From the NCBI GenBank assembly GCA_041690135.1, contig JAWLHY010000001.1, positions 864,001 through 928,000 on the forward strand: DNA of 64,000 nt. The letters are read 5' to 3'. The stretch comes from Armatimonadota bacterium (lineage in GTDB: Bacteria > Armatimonadota > SYMT01). Shown here one piece after another: positions 21,355 through 31,138 of the stretch. Position 1 is the stretch's first letter, and each line of letters begins with the position of its first letter. Under the pieces are notes generated by a model. That model did no database searches. It had not been told where the DNA came from and saw nothing but the letters and a program-made list of their open reading frames with translations. The position numbers and the translations under genes are program-made.

Positions 21355-22725
21355 TCAGAACTTGACGGGGGCAATTGCTTCCCCCTTAAGTGCTTTCAGC
21401 ACTTCCTCGGGCTTGGCGAACGCCTGGGCGAACGGTTCGGCGGCCACCGGCACACCGCCGACGCGCCACTCCACCTGTCGCACCAGCGCCTCGGATCCGG
21501 AATAGTAGCCTTCGGGGGTGGCCAGCAGGTACTCGGGCTGCACGCTGCCAACCGGGCTCTCAAAGCCCAGCACGAGCAGGCGCTTGGACGCGGCGTCCCA
21601 GAGTCGCACGAAACCGGTCCAACTGCCCGCCGCCACCCGCTTGCCGTCCGGGCTCAGGGCCGCGGAGAGCAGGTTATCGCTACCGCTGGTGAAGTCATTC
21701 TGGATGGCCCCGGTGGCTCCGTCCCAAAGCCGCACGGTCCGATCCTCGCTCACCGTGACGAACTGCTTGCCGTCCGCGCCGAAGCGGATCTCGTAGACGT
21801 CGCTGCCGTGCCCGCCAACGGTTCGCAGCGACGCACCGGTCTCGACGTTCCACCACCGGATCTGCGGCTCTACCCCGGAGGAGATGATCGATTTCCCGTC
21901 CGGCGAGAAAGCAACGGCGAGCACCTCGTCCCGGTGGCCCGTGAACGCCCGGAGCGCTTTGCCCGTGGCGGCCTCGAACAGCTTGATCGACTTGTCCTTC
22001 CCGGCGGACACCAGTTGCTTACCATCCGGTGAAAAAGCTACGGCCGTAACGAAATCGGAATGGTCCTTCAGGGTCAGCACGTCCTTGCCCGCGTCGGTAT
22101 CCCACAGGCGGACCTGCTTGTCGAAGCCGGCCGTCGCGATCCGCTTGCCGTCGGGCGACCAGGCGAAATCGTAAACCACGTCCGCGTGCCCTGCCAGCTT
22201 ACGGATGGGTTTGGCGGGCGCGGCGCCGTCGTACACCAGCACGGTGCCCGAGATTGCCGGCTTACCGCCGGCAATCCCCAGATACTTACCATCCCGGCTG
22301 AAGCGAAGCTGGTGGACCGCTCCTTCCACGCCTTCCAGGTGCCCCAGCACCTTCCCGGCCGCCGGGTCCCAGATGCTGACCCGCCCGTAAGTGCCCACGT
22401 AGAGGCGAGTGCCGTCCGGGGAAAAGGCGAGCGCGGAGACGGGGGAAAGGGGGCCGGCCTTCACGGCGATTCCGAGCTGGGCCGGGACCTTGGCGGTGGC
22501 CCCAGGCTTCATCGGGACCAGTATGTCCGGCGCCTTCGTCGTGAACGCGAGCGTCACCTCGGTCCGCTTCCTGGCGGGCGCGGCAGCATTGGCGGCGGGA
22601 GTCTTGACCGCCGGAGCGGCGCTGGGGGCCGAGATCGCCGGAAGTGCGAACGTGATCGCCGCCAGTACTCCAGCCACGGCATAACGCTGGGTGGTTGTTC
22701 TCGTTCTGATGTTGGTGGCCTTCAT
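21355..22725 (-). CDS. Secreted WD40 repeat protein
   Basis: Multiple GH..V..VAFSPDG..(W/F)D repeats; signal-like N-terminus. Confidence 0.9.
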   Translation of the reverse strand: MKATNIRTRTTTQRYAVAGVLAAITFALPAISAPSAAPAVKTPAANAAAPARKRTEVTLAFTTKAPDILVPMKPGATAKVPAQLGIAVKAGPLSPVSALAFSPDGTRLYVGTYGRVSIWDPAAGKVLGHLEGVEGAVHQLRFSRDGKYLGIAGGKPAISGTVLVYDGAAPAKPIRKLAGHADVVYDFAWSPDGKRIATAGFDKQVRLWDTDAGKDVLTLKDHSDFVTAVAFSPDGKQLVSAGKDKSIKLFEAATGKALRAFTGHRDEVLAVAFSPDGKSIISSGVEPQIRWWNVETGASLRTVGGHGSDVYEIRFGADGKQFVTVSEDRTVRLWDGATGAIQNDFTSGSDNLLSAALSPDGKRVAAGSWTGFVRLWDAASKRLLVLGFESPVGSVQPEYLLATPEGYYSGSEALVRQVEWRVGGVPVAAEPFAQAFAKPEEVLKALKGEAIAPVKF

Positions 22726-22806
22726 CCGGGTCCCTGAATCGTTCTTTTCCACGCCATTCCAAGTGTTCCGCGGGCAAAACGTCCCGCAGTTCCGCGAGCC
22801 AACTCC

Positions 22807-25596
22807 TCAGTGCTTGAACATGAACTCGCGGGAGTTCAACAGGGCCCAGAGGAGATCTTCGAAGCCTTCCTGTTTACTCGGTGCCTGATGGACCACTTCC
22901 TGCGCCTTAGTTAGCTCGTCGGCCGCGGGCGGGCGGGAATAGGTCACCAGGTACAGCTCTTCGATGATCTCGGGGTCCGGTTTCTTGGCGCCGAGCAGGG
23001 TCGCGATCCGGCCAGTCTTGTGCGCGATCTTGTTCTGCACGTAGCTACTGTTCATCAGGTGGAGCGCCTGTGCCATGTTCGGCTCGGCGGAGCGCTCGCA
23101 TTCGCAAGTGATGGCGCGCTCGGGGCGTCCGAACGTGTCGAGGAAGTAGTTCCTCACGTCCGGATCGGGAAGTTGCACCGCGCGGATGCCGGCCGGAAGG
23201 TTGGGAAACTTGTCGGTGGTAGCCGTGGCGAAGTTGACGGCATCCAGCAGCTCTTCGGCCCCCATCCGCTTGACGGCGTACTTGGAGTAGAAGATCTCGT
23301 CCTGGCGATTCTCCCGCGTGGGCTGCGAGCTGAGCTGGTAGGTCTCGCTCGACATGATCGTCTTCAGGAGGTGCTTCACGTCGAAGCGATGCGCGACGAA
23401 ATCCTTGGCCAGGGCATCGAGGAGCTCCGGATTGCTGGGCGGATTGGTGACCCGCATATCATCGATGGGCTCGACGATGCCGCGACCCATCAGGTAACCC
23501 CAGTAGCGGTTCACGATATTTCGCGCGAACAGCATGTTGTCCGGCGCGGTGAGCCACGAGGCCAGTACGCGGCGCCGGTCGATCGGGTCATCGGCGGGCT
23601 GGCCGTCGAGCGGCGTGGGTTTCATCACCTTGCGGGTGCGGGGGTTGCTCACCTCGCCGGTGGGGTTCAACCGAACCACCTGTTCCTGCCCGAAGAGCCC
23701 GAACTCCTGGCTGCCCTTGAGACCGACCCGTGAGAAGAAGGCGGCGAACTGCCAGTAGTCGTCCTGGCTCCACTTCTCGAACGGGTGGTGGTGGCACTTC
23801 GCACAGGCGAGCCGCACCCCCAGGAACACCTGGCTCGTCGTTTCCGCAAGGTCCGCGGGCGTGCGGGCCACCCGGTAGTAGTTGGCGGGACCCGTGGTGT
23901 ACGTGCTTCCCTGGGCCGTGATCAACTCCCGCGCGAACTGGTCCATCGGCTTGTTATCGCGGAAGGAAGCGCGGAGCCAGTTGTAGAAGGCCCACATCCC
24001 CTTATCGCCCAGCTTGTTCCGGTGGTTCCGAAGCAGGTCGCCCCATTTTAGCGTCCAGTAATCTACGTACTCCGGGCGTGAAAGGATGCTGGCGATGAGC
24101 TTCTGGCGAGCTTTGGCTGCGTAGTGCGTGTTGCGTATTGCGTTACCCGAACCCCGGGGATCAGCAGCGGGTTCGGGTTGACGTTGTTGTGTCGCAGCGT
24201 CTGCCTGCCCCTTAATCGGTTGCTGCGCCTTTCCGGCCCCCGGCCCCTGACTCCCGGCCCCTGACCCCTGGCCCATAGCCCCTACCTGGCGCTCGGCTTC
24301 GCATTCGGCCAGGAACGCCTTCACTTCTTCCGGCTTGGGGAGCTGGCCCAGAACGTCGAGGTAGACCCGGCGGATGAACTCGGCATCCGAGCTGCGGGGA
24401 GAGGGAAGCAAGCCCATCTCCTTCCATTTCGCGGATGTGAGCTGGTCGATGTAGTTCGCGGTTGCCAGCGCCGGGAAACTCTTCAGTTCCTGGTAGGGAG
24501 CGGTGAAGCGGGCGATACTGGCCGCGCCCCGGTAGCGCACCATCACCGAAGTCTCGCCGCGGAGCTGCACCGTGACCAGGCCGTCCGAATCGGCGGAAGC
24601 AAGGGCGTCGTTGAGAGAGTTGAACTGGGTCTTGCGGGTGGCGTCTTCCGTGCTGCCGTCCTGAAACTTCGCCACGGCCACGAGCCGCTGGATCGGCTCC
24701 AGCTTCACGGTCTGCGGCGCGCCTTTCAACTGCGGGAACTGGACGGTGACCGATTGGTCTCCCTCGGCTCGTGGGAGACGCGTGACGGTGTGTGCGGGGG
24801 TCACCTCTACCGAGGCGATCTCCGGTTCGTTCGGGTCCGGTCCCGGCGCGCCGTCCCGCAGCCAGTTCAGGAGCACCTGGTACTCGTAGCTGGTCTTCTT
24901 GAACCGCATGCCACCCGCGTGGGGCGTGCCCAGCACGGGCTTCAACAGCATCAGGCTCTGTTCGGGATCCGTCATCACCACGCGCCGGCCCTCGTTCTGG
25001 CGGACGATGGCGGTGTAGTCGGAGTCGGGGTCGTAGCCCAGCAACGAAAGCCTCAATCCGCCCTTGCCGTGCTGCGCGCCGTGGCAGGCTCCCTGGTTGC
25101 AGCCGGCCTTGGTGAGGACCGGAATCACCTCGTTCTTGAAGCTGGCCGGCACTTCGCGGGTCGCATCCTTCGCGGCCACCTTCACCCAGCCCACGAACTT
25201 GCCCACCACGACCTTGATCTTCCCCTCGCCGTCGCCCGCGGGCGTGGCGAGTCCCTCCGCATTGATGCGGACCGCTTTCGGCGCGAGGGAGACGTAGCGG
25301 GCGTGAGCCGTGAGGTCGCGCCGGACGCCGTCCGAGAACTGCCCGGAGACCAGTACCCGCTGTTCCGCCCGGGGGCCATTCAACGTGAACTCGGAGGGTG
25401 CCGCGGCTATTGAGAGCAGGACCGGCAACTTCGGCGCGGGAGCCTTCTTTGCGACCGACTTGCCCCGTTTTACCGTTTTGGCCGCAGGCCTTGCAGCCGG
25501 ACGCGCCTTCGACTTCGGCGGTGCGGCGACCGCGGACCCGCCGCAGGCCACAGCGGCCGTTACGGCGGCCAGGGAAAACAACCGATGTCGACTCAT
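22807..25596 (-). CDS. DUF1549/DUF1553 (PSD1) domain protein with Ig-like domains
   Basis: GCNQGACHG, FIRRVYLD, FLGVRLACAKCHHHP, ARNIVNRYW, NPPSNPELLDAL, FGRPER..CECER, EDLLWALLNSREF; GGGAGG RBS. Confidence 0.92.
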   Translation of the reverse strand: MSRHRLFSLAAVTAAVACGGSAVAAPPKSKARPAARPAAKTVKRGKSVAKKAPAPKLPVLLSIAAAPSEFTLNGPRAEQRVLVSGQFSDGVRRDLTAHARYVSLAPKAVRINAEGLATPAGDGEGKIKVVVGKFVGWVKVAAKDATREVPASFKNEVIPVLTKAGCNQGACHGAQHGKGGLRLSLLGYDPDSDYTAIVRQNEGRRVVMTDPEQSLMLLKPVLGTPHAGGMRFKKTSYEYQVLLNWLRDGAPGPDPNEPEIASVEVTPAHTVTRLPRAEGDQSVTVQFPQLKGAPQTVKLEPIQRLVAVAKFQDGSTEDATRKTQFNSLNDALASADSDGLVTVQLRGETSVMVRYRGAASIARFTAPYQELKSFPALATANYIDQLTSAKWKEMGLLPSPRSSDAEFIRRVYLDVLGQLPKPEEVKAFLAECEAERQVGAMGQGSGAGSQGPGAGKAQQPIKGQADAATQQRQPEPAADPRGSGNAIRNTHYAAKARQKLIASILSRPEYVDYWTLKWGDLLRNHRNKLGDKGMWAFYNWLRASFRDNKPMDQFARELITAQGSTYTTGPANYYRVARTPADLAETTSQVFLGVRLACAKCHHHPFEKWSQDDYWQFAAFFSRVGLKGSQEFGLFGQEQVVRLNPTGEVSNPRTRKVMKPTPLDGQPADDPIDRRRVLASWLTAPDNMLFARNIVNRYWGYLMGRGIVEPIDDMRVTNPPSNPELLDALAKDFVAHRFDVKHLLKTIMSSETYQLSSQPTRENRQDEIFYSKYAVKRMGAEELLDAVNFATATTDKFPNLPAGIRAVQLPDPDVRNYFLDTFGRPERAITCECERSAEPNMAQALHLMNSSYVQNKIAHKTGRIATLLGAKKPDPEIIEELYLVTYSRPPAADELTKAQEVVHQAPSKQEGFEDLLWALLNSREFMFKH
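24118..24145 (+). repeat. Four tandem heptamers (TGCGTNN) inside the CDS
   Basis: TGCGTAG TGCGTGT TGCGTAT TGCGTTA. Confidence 0.7.
24235..24283 (+). repeat. Seven tandem heptamers (GRCCCCT consensus) inside the CDS
   Basis: GGCCCCC GGCCCCT GACTCCC GGCCCCT GACCCCT GGCCCAT AGCCCCT. Confidence 0.8.
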
Positions 25597-26073
25597 CCTG
25601 CAGACCTCCCACGTGTAGGCCGGTAAGTAACCGGGCAACGGTCTGAACCGCCGCAGCCAGGCTACCCGTTAGGAGAGGTTACGCAGGGAAGCTGTTTCTT
25701 GCTTTTCGATTGCGTGGGCTCCGGAGTCCTCACCACGGAGACACGAAGAAGACCACGGAGAGGAATGGAAAGAGAAAAAATTTCCACCACTTACACGTAT
25801 GGCGGTCGCTGGAATAGTCCGGATTCCCGTGGCCCTCCACGTCATTGCGAGGCCGGCTGTATCACTCTTTGCTGCGAGGTTTTCCCCACGAAAGGCGGGG
25901 ACGTCCATGTTCGTGGACCGCAGCAATGCCGGCCGTGGCAATCCCCCTGGTACGTGGACGCCGGACCTGGTACGATTGCTCCGACAACGCTTGCCTCAAT
26001 ACGCGGGCATAGATTGTTTGTTTCGAGGATTCTTCTGCAGGAGGTGGCGGATAGTGAAGTCCAGTGCGGAGGG

Positions 26074-26808
26074 TCACGCCGCCATCTTCAACCGGCTCCG
26101 GCGGCAGGCCTCGGAGTAGGTCGCCTCCAGGTCCAGCGGAACCACGCCGGCGTTCCGGAGCGCCAAAGGGAGTATGGGGAGAGGTTTTCCAAGCTGAAGC
26201 TCCCCCGGCCAGACCTCGATTTGGTCTCGCAGTTCGCAGCGTGATGGGCGGTAGGCAACAGCGTAGGTCTTAACCGTCGGCGCCAGCGTGAACCGCTCCT
26301 CTTGTTCCAGCAAAGCCACCACCTCGTTGTGGAGGTTGGCCAACCGGTTGGTGACCACATCCACGATGACCAGGCCGATCCCGCGGGTGAGATAGCTGAC
26401 GCATTTCGCGGCAAAGGCTCGTCGGGTCTCGGGGCGGTCCTTGTTACCGGGGCTGACCAGTTCGATGGCGGCCACCAGGGTCGCTCCCGCGGTGGTGGCA
26501 AAGACCTGGACCTCGATGTCATCGGGAAACACCGCCGGCATCACCAGATCGGTCGGGGGTGGCGTCCATCCAACGGTCTGGGGCGCTGGAAACAGTCGGG
26601 AACCTGGCCCCGCGGCCTTCGGCTCTTCCGGTGTGGCGACATCGATTTCCAGTTGGCTGCCGATGTGGATGTGCATGTCGGCGAAGTACTCCTCCGCCAG
26701 TAAGTCGCGGTTGAGTTTCTCCACCATCGCGGCAGCCCACAGGCCATGAAACCCTTCCCAGTTGCGGCGTTCGCTAACGGGGGGATGGAAATGATCCAGT
26801 AGTGGCAT
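26074..26808 (-). CDS. DUF4058 family protein (PD-(D/E)xK-like)
   Basis: MPLLDHFHPP..WEGFH..W N-terminus; AAIELVSPGNK; LPILPLAL..VPLDLEATY. Confidence 0.8.
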   Translation of the reverse strand: MPLLDHFHPPVSERRNWEGFHGLWAAAMVEKLNRDLLAEEYFADMHIHIGSQLEIDVATPEEPKAAGPGSRLFPAPQTVGWTPPPTDLVMPAVFPDDIEVQVFATTAGATLVAAIELVSPGNKDRPETRRAFAAKCVSYLTRGIGLVIVDVVTNRLANLHNEVVALLEQEERFTLAPTVKTYAVAYRPSRCELRDQIEVWPGELQLGKPLPILPLALRNAGVVPLDLEATYSEACRRSRLKMAA

Positions 26809-27168
26809 GGCAGCCTCTCCCAATCACAGCCCGAAGTGGAAAGGAAACGACAAGAGCCTCGCGTTTCCCTTTCAGCATACCCGGGTGAAGGTTGGACCGC
26901 CAAGCGGCTGCCCACACGCCCACGGCGGTTGGGACCCGGGCCGGGAATCAGCAGTGGTTTCGAGAGTGACACATTCGAAACGGCCAATACGGCCTTTACA
27001 TGGATAGCTCCACGTGCCCGCCCGAGTTGGGCTGGGACGAAACGGGGGAAACTGAACGGCGGTGTCCGTCTCCAAGGTCTAATACTTGAGCTGCCGGATG
27101 TAGTTTCCTCGTGCGGCAATTAGCGGCTGAGCCAGCGGGCTCAAGGTCGCGGTGATGGACGAATTCCA

Positions 27169-27447
27169 ATGCCTTCGGACAACATCCTATCGATACTGGC
27201 AGCAGCCATAACTGCTGCTGTCACCGGCAGGCTGGGTTTTGAGCTCATCCGCGACACACTCGCCGAAGACGCACCGGAGGTTCATGTGGAGGTGGAGCCA
27301 CTGCTGCCCCTACGAGGCCGATGGCGACGGCTCCTGACTCTGGCGCCGGCACACGCCTTCCTTCTGGCTGTTGTATTTGCGGGCACCTTCCCCGTGGTGA
27401 TGCTCCTCTGCGATGCGGTAATCAGCTTCTGCCGGGCAATTCCCTGA
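27169..27447 (+). CDS. Small two-helix membrane hypothetical protein
   Basis: ATG-started ORF with two hydrophobic segments. Confidence 0.45.
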   Translation: MPSDNILSILAAAITAAVTGRLGFELIRDTLAEDAPEVHVEVEPLLPLRGRWRRLLTLAPAHAFLLAVVFAGTFPVVMLLCDAVISFCRAIP

Positions 27448-27514
27448 AGCAAAGGCAACCCGACAGGCTCGGGGTTTGATGCCTCCGAGGGCTGCCTTGG
27501 CGTTAGGGCGTGCC

Positions 27515-27859
27515 TCACGGAGCGTCCGGCGTCCGCAGGATCAGGTGGCCCTGGCAGCCTTCGAACTCGACGTGAATATCCGGGCCCACCACCGCTTTGA
27601 GGCGGTGCGCCAGTTGCAGTCCCTCCACGCAGAAGGCCCGGCAATCGAAGGCGTCGGCCGTGTCGGAGCCAGGGACCGCGTCCCAGAACCATTCGATCCA
27701 GGCTTCGAAGTCCTGGCGGAGGCCGGCGGGCAGTTCCAGGCTCTCATAATCCACCATTTTGCCCGCCTCCGGCTGGAGCGGACGCGCGAGTTCCCAGATG
27801 CCGGAACTTCCCCACTCCGGCCACACCCGCAGGTAAAGTTTCGGAGTGGTTGGCGTCAT
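27515..27859 (-). CDS. Hypothetical protein
   Basis: ATG overlaps the upstream stop (ATGA); protein-like sequence LRVWPEWGSSGIW..LELPAGLRQDFEAW..FCVEGLQLAHRLK. Confidence 0.65.
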   Translation of the reverse strand: MTPTTPKLYLRVWPEWGSSGIWELARPLQPEAGKMVDYESLELPAGLRQDFEAWIEWFWDAVPGSDTADAFDCRAFCVEGLQLAHRLKAVVGPDIHVEFEGCQGHLILRTPDAP

Positions 27860-28071
27860 TTGCGGTGGTGAAACTCCCGGAAATCCGCAGCGGCGCCCAC
27901 CAGCATCAGCACTGCGGCCGCGCCGCCTGCAACAATGGCGAGCCCCAGGCAAACAATCGTCGCTTGGGGCGGGAGAGGAACCGCGCCCGCCTGGGCGGCC
28001 CGGTCAAAAGAGAGCGCCAGAAGCATTAGCAGGACAGTCCAGCAGTCTCGGTGGGAAAACCGCTTCTGCAT
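27856..28071 (-). CDS. Small membrane hypothetical protein
   Basis: AAGGAGG RBS; two hydrophobic segments; ATGA-coupled to the next gene. Confidence 0.6.
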   Translation of the reverse strand: MQKRFSHRDCWTVLLMLLALSFDRAAQAGAVPLPPQATIVCLGLAIVAGGAAAVLMLVGAAADFREFHHRK

Positions 28072-28151
28072 TTGCAGCCCTCCTTTTCGCCTAACGGACC
28101 CGCTACCGTCGGCGCCAGTACGCGTTTGCCAAGAGTCATCAACTCCCTAGA

Positions 28152-28178
28152 AGGGCAGGCACGGCGGCACGCCCCTAC
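28152..28178 (-). repeat. Solo GTAG-type REP-like palindrome
   Basis: Minus strand GTAGGGGCGTGCCGCCGTGCCTGCCCT; same GTAGGGGC..GCCCT ends as the RAYT-flanking REPs. Confidence 0.6.
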
Positions 28179-28392
28179 ATGCCTAGGAACCCATAGCCCG
28201 CCTCGAGTCTCCGTCCCGGCTCCCGAAGTTGAGCGCCAATCTCGTAGGCAGCATATCGATGCCTACTGCGGTCCGTCAGCCAGGACTGCCCACTCTGCGT
28301 TCCTTCTCGTTTTCTCTCGTGTCCCTCTGTGTCGAAGTCGAACTCGGAGCCTGCGGAACGACCTCCACCTATGTTCCCGTAGCAGTCTCTCT

Positions 28393-29037
28393 TCATCCCT
28401 CTCTGCGCAGCCGGTAGAGGAACACGGCCTGGAGGCCTTCTCGTGGGAGGGGTTCGGTCTTCCAGGACCAACCGGCGGCCTGGGCCATTTGCTGGAAGGT
28501 GGTAGTCATCAGCCGGCCGGGATCGGTGAGGAGGACCTCGCCGTCGGGGGCCAGGGAGAGGGAGAGGATCTCGAGCAGCGCGGGGAACGCGGCGGGTTCG
28601 TACGTGACGTCGCTGCCGACGACCAGCGGGAAGCGCGCGGCGAGGGGCCAGGCTCGCCAGTCGGCAGCGGCGGCGCGCAAGGTGAGGCCGTTGCGGTGCG
28701 CGTTCATCCGGACCAGGCGCAGGGCTGCGGGCTCGTTGTCGGTCGCAATGACCTCCGCCCCGGCGACGGCGGCCCCCAGGGCGCTGATGCCCACCCCGCA
28801 GCCGACTTCGAGGACGGGTATTCCGCGGAGGTCCTGCGCGGCCAGGTAGCGTGCGAGACCCAACCCGGCTGGCCACGCGACTGGCCAGTACGGAGTTGCT
28901 CCGCTGGTGTTCGAGGAGAGTACGTCCACGGAAGAAGCGCTGTAGACCGAGAGGTGGCGGTCGCCGAGCTTGAGCTTCAGGTCACGGAACCGGACGCCGG
29001 GAAGCCCGGGCACCTGCATCCGGGTATAGTCACTCAC
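28393..29037 (-). CDS. Class I SAM-dependent methyltransferase (METTL21/Methyltransf_16-like)
   Basis: PYWPVAWPAG, VLEVGCGVG, GSDVTYE; GTG start overlaps the maf stop. Confidence 0.85.
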   Translation of the reverse strand: MSDYTRMQVPGLPGVRFRDLKLKLGDRHLSVYSASSVDVLSSNTSGATPYWPVAWPAGLGLARYLAAQDLRGIPVLEVGCGVGISALGAAVAGAEVIATDNEPAALRLVRMNAHRNGLTLRAAAADWRAWPLAARFPLVVGSDVTYEPAAFPALLEILSLSLAPDGEVLLTDPGRLMTTTFQQMAQAAGWSWKTEPLPREGLQAVFLYRLRREG

Positions 29038-29689
29038 CGCTCGGGACACCCAGGATCGGGATGCCGAGGTTGCGGAGCAGCATCGCCAGTGGCATCACCG
29101 GCAGACCCACGACGTTCGGGTAGTCGCCCTGGATGCCTTCGATGAAGAGACCGCCGTATCCCTGGATGGCATAGGCCCCCGCCTTGTCATGTGGCTCATC
29201 CGTCGCCGCGTAGGCCTCCATCTCCGCCAACTCGAGCCGGCGGAAAGTGACGTCGGTGGTGGCGGCCAGCGAATGCATCCAGCGCTGCCCCTCGCGCGGG
29301 AAGGTCACCGTTACGGCCGTGATGACCTGGTGCGTGCGTCCGGAGAGCTCCTCCAGCATCCGGACCACGTCCACACGGTCCGCGGGCTTGCCGTAGATCT
29401 TCATGTTCAACGCGACGATCGTATCGGCCCCGATTACCACCGCCTCGGGATAGCGCTCCGCTACCTCCAGCGCCTTGGCCGTGGCGAGATGGGCGGCCAG
29501 CTCCTCCGGGTGAGGATGCGCCTCCGGCAGCACTTCCTCGTAGTCGGAAGGGATCACCTCGAACGGCCGGCCGAGGAGCGTGAGCAGCTCCTTCCGGCGC
29601 GGGGAAGCGCTGGCCAGGATGAGGGGAAGGGAGGCGAGCCTGGGAAGCTCGCCCCGCTGCGATGCCGGGGAGGGGGTGGGAGTGTCCAT
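29030..29689 (-). CDS. maf: Maf family nucleoside triphosphate pyrophosphatase
   Basis: ILASASPRRKELL, IGADTIV, GKP, DKAGAYAIQG, NVVGLP. Confidence 0.95.
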   Translation of the reverse strand: MDTPTPSPASQRGELPRLASLPLILASASPRRKELLTLLGRPFEVIPSDYEEVLPEAHPHPEELAAHLATAKALEVAERYPEAVVIGADTIVALNMKIYGKPADRVDVVRMLEELSGRTHQVITAVTVTFPREGQRWMHSLAATTDVTFRRLELAEMEAYAATDEPHDKAGAYAIQGYGGLFIEGIQGDYPNVVGLPVMPLAMLLRNLGIPILGVPSGE

Positions 29690-29716
29690 GGGCGTAGTGT
29701 TTTGTGCTTTTTCGGA

Positions 29717-31138
29717 TCAGCCGGCGGCCACCAGTTCCGGCTCGGACGTTGGTTCGGGAGCAGGTTCCGGGGCCACGCGGCCGAGCTCGCGGGCGAACTC
29801 CCGCATGCGGGCGAGGCCGCGGTCGATCAGCGCTTGATGACGGGCCTGCTTGTTCTTGATGTGCTGCGGCAGCGGTGGCAAGAGACCCAGGTTGGCATTC
29901 ATCGGCTGGAAGTTGTCTTCGGGACCATGCGCGATGTACTCCGTAAGCGATCCCAACATGGTCTCGTATGGAAGCTCCAGCGGCGCTTGACCCCGGGCCG
30001 CGCGGGCCGCGTTCAGGCCAGCCAGGATACCGGTAGCCGCGCTCTCCGTGTAGCCCTCGACCCCGGTGATACAGCCCGCGAAGAAGAGCGGCGACTGCCG
30101 GTCGGCGCTCTCACGTGCGGTGTCACGGAGGGCCATCGTCCGCTCCAGCAGGACCGGCGAGTGGATGTACGTGTTCCGGTGCATCACCCCCAGGCGGACG
30201 AACTCTGCGTTGGCCAGGCCGGGGATCATCCGGAAGATGCGGATCTGCTCGCCCCACTTCAGGCGCGTCTGGAACGCTACCATGCTGTAAAGCGTGCCCG
30301 CCGCGTTCTCCTGCCGGAGTTGGACCACCGCGTAGGGGCGCTTGCCGGTCCGCGGATCGGTAAGTCCGATCGGTTTCATCGGTCCATAGGCCATGGTCTG
30401 TGGACCGCGGCGCGCCATCTCTTCGATGGGAAGGCAGCCCTCGAACAGCTTGATCTGCTCGAACTCCTTGAGCGGGACCAGTTCCGCGTTCAGGATCTCC
30501 TCGCGCAGACGATGGTACTCCTCCTCTGAAAGCGGACAGTTCAGGTAGCCACCCGCCCCACCCTCTTCCTGCCCCTTACCCCAGCGAGAGGCCTCGAAAG
30601 CGATGGAGCGATCGATCGTCTCCGCATCGATGATGGGAGAGGCAGCATCGTAAAAGTAAAGCTCGCGGGAGCCGGTGATCTTCTGGATCTGCGCGGCCAG
30701 CGCGTCGGACGTAAGCGGACCCGTGGCGACCACCACCGGAAGCCCGTCCGGGATCTCGGTGATCTCTTCGCGCACCAACGTAATGAGCGGATGTCCCTCG
30801 ATCGCCTGGGTGATGCCCTGGGAGAAGAGGTCGCGGTCTACGGCCAGCGCCCCGCCGGAAGGGACCGCACTCCGGTCCGCAGCCTCGACCACCACCGAGC
30901 CGAGCATTCGCATCTCGGTTTTGAGCATGCCGGCCGGGGTGTGCGGCAGGTTCGACTTCAGCGAGTTGCTGCAAACCAGCTCGCCCAGATTGTTGGTCTT
31001 GTGCGCGGGCGTGTTCCGCACCGGGCGCATCTCCACCAGCGTGACACGCGCGCCCTCACGGGCCGCCGACCACGCCGCGTCCGAGCCGGCGAGCCCGCCG
31101 CCGATCACCAGGACTTCCGTATCCTTGGGAACTTTCAT
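29717..31138 (-). CDS. trmFO: Folate/FAD-dependent tRNA (m5U54) methyltransferase
   Basis: GGGLAGS, ELVCSNS, FYDAASPI, FEGCLPIE, GVMHRNTY, GVEGYTES, FQPMNAN. Confidence 0.96.
   Translation of the reverse strand: MKVPKDTEVLVIGGGLAGSDAAWSAAREGARVTLVEMRPVRNTPAHKTNNLGELVCSNSLKSNLPHTPAGMLKTEMRMLGSVVVEAADRSAVPSGGALAVDRDLFSQGITQAIEGHPLITLVREEITEIPDGLPVVVATGPLTSDALAAQIQKITGSRELYFYDAASPIIDAETIDRSIAFEASRWGKGQEEGGAGGYLNCPLSEEEYHRLREEILNAELVPLKEFEQIKLFEGCLPIEEMARRGPQTMAYGPMKPIGLTDPRTGKRPYAVVQLRQENAAGTLYSMVAFQTRLKWGEQIRIFRMIPGLANAEFVRLGVMHRNTYIHSPVLLERTMALRDTARESADRQSPLFFAGCITGVEGYTESAATGILAGLNAARAARGQAPLELPYETMLGSLTEYIAHGPEDNFQPMNANLGLLPPLPQHIKNKQARHQALIDRGLARMREFARELGRVAPEPAPEPTSEPELVAAG

Noticed and set aside
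25699-26077. Small ORFs between the DUF1549 and DUF4058 genes
   Set aside because: Overlapping alternatives on both strands, none with a convincing motif; may be a decayed gene
27030-27070. Hammerhead ribozyme (GACGAAAC)
   Set aside because: No CUGAUGA core upstream
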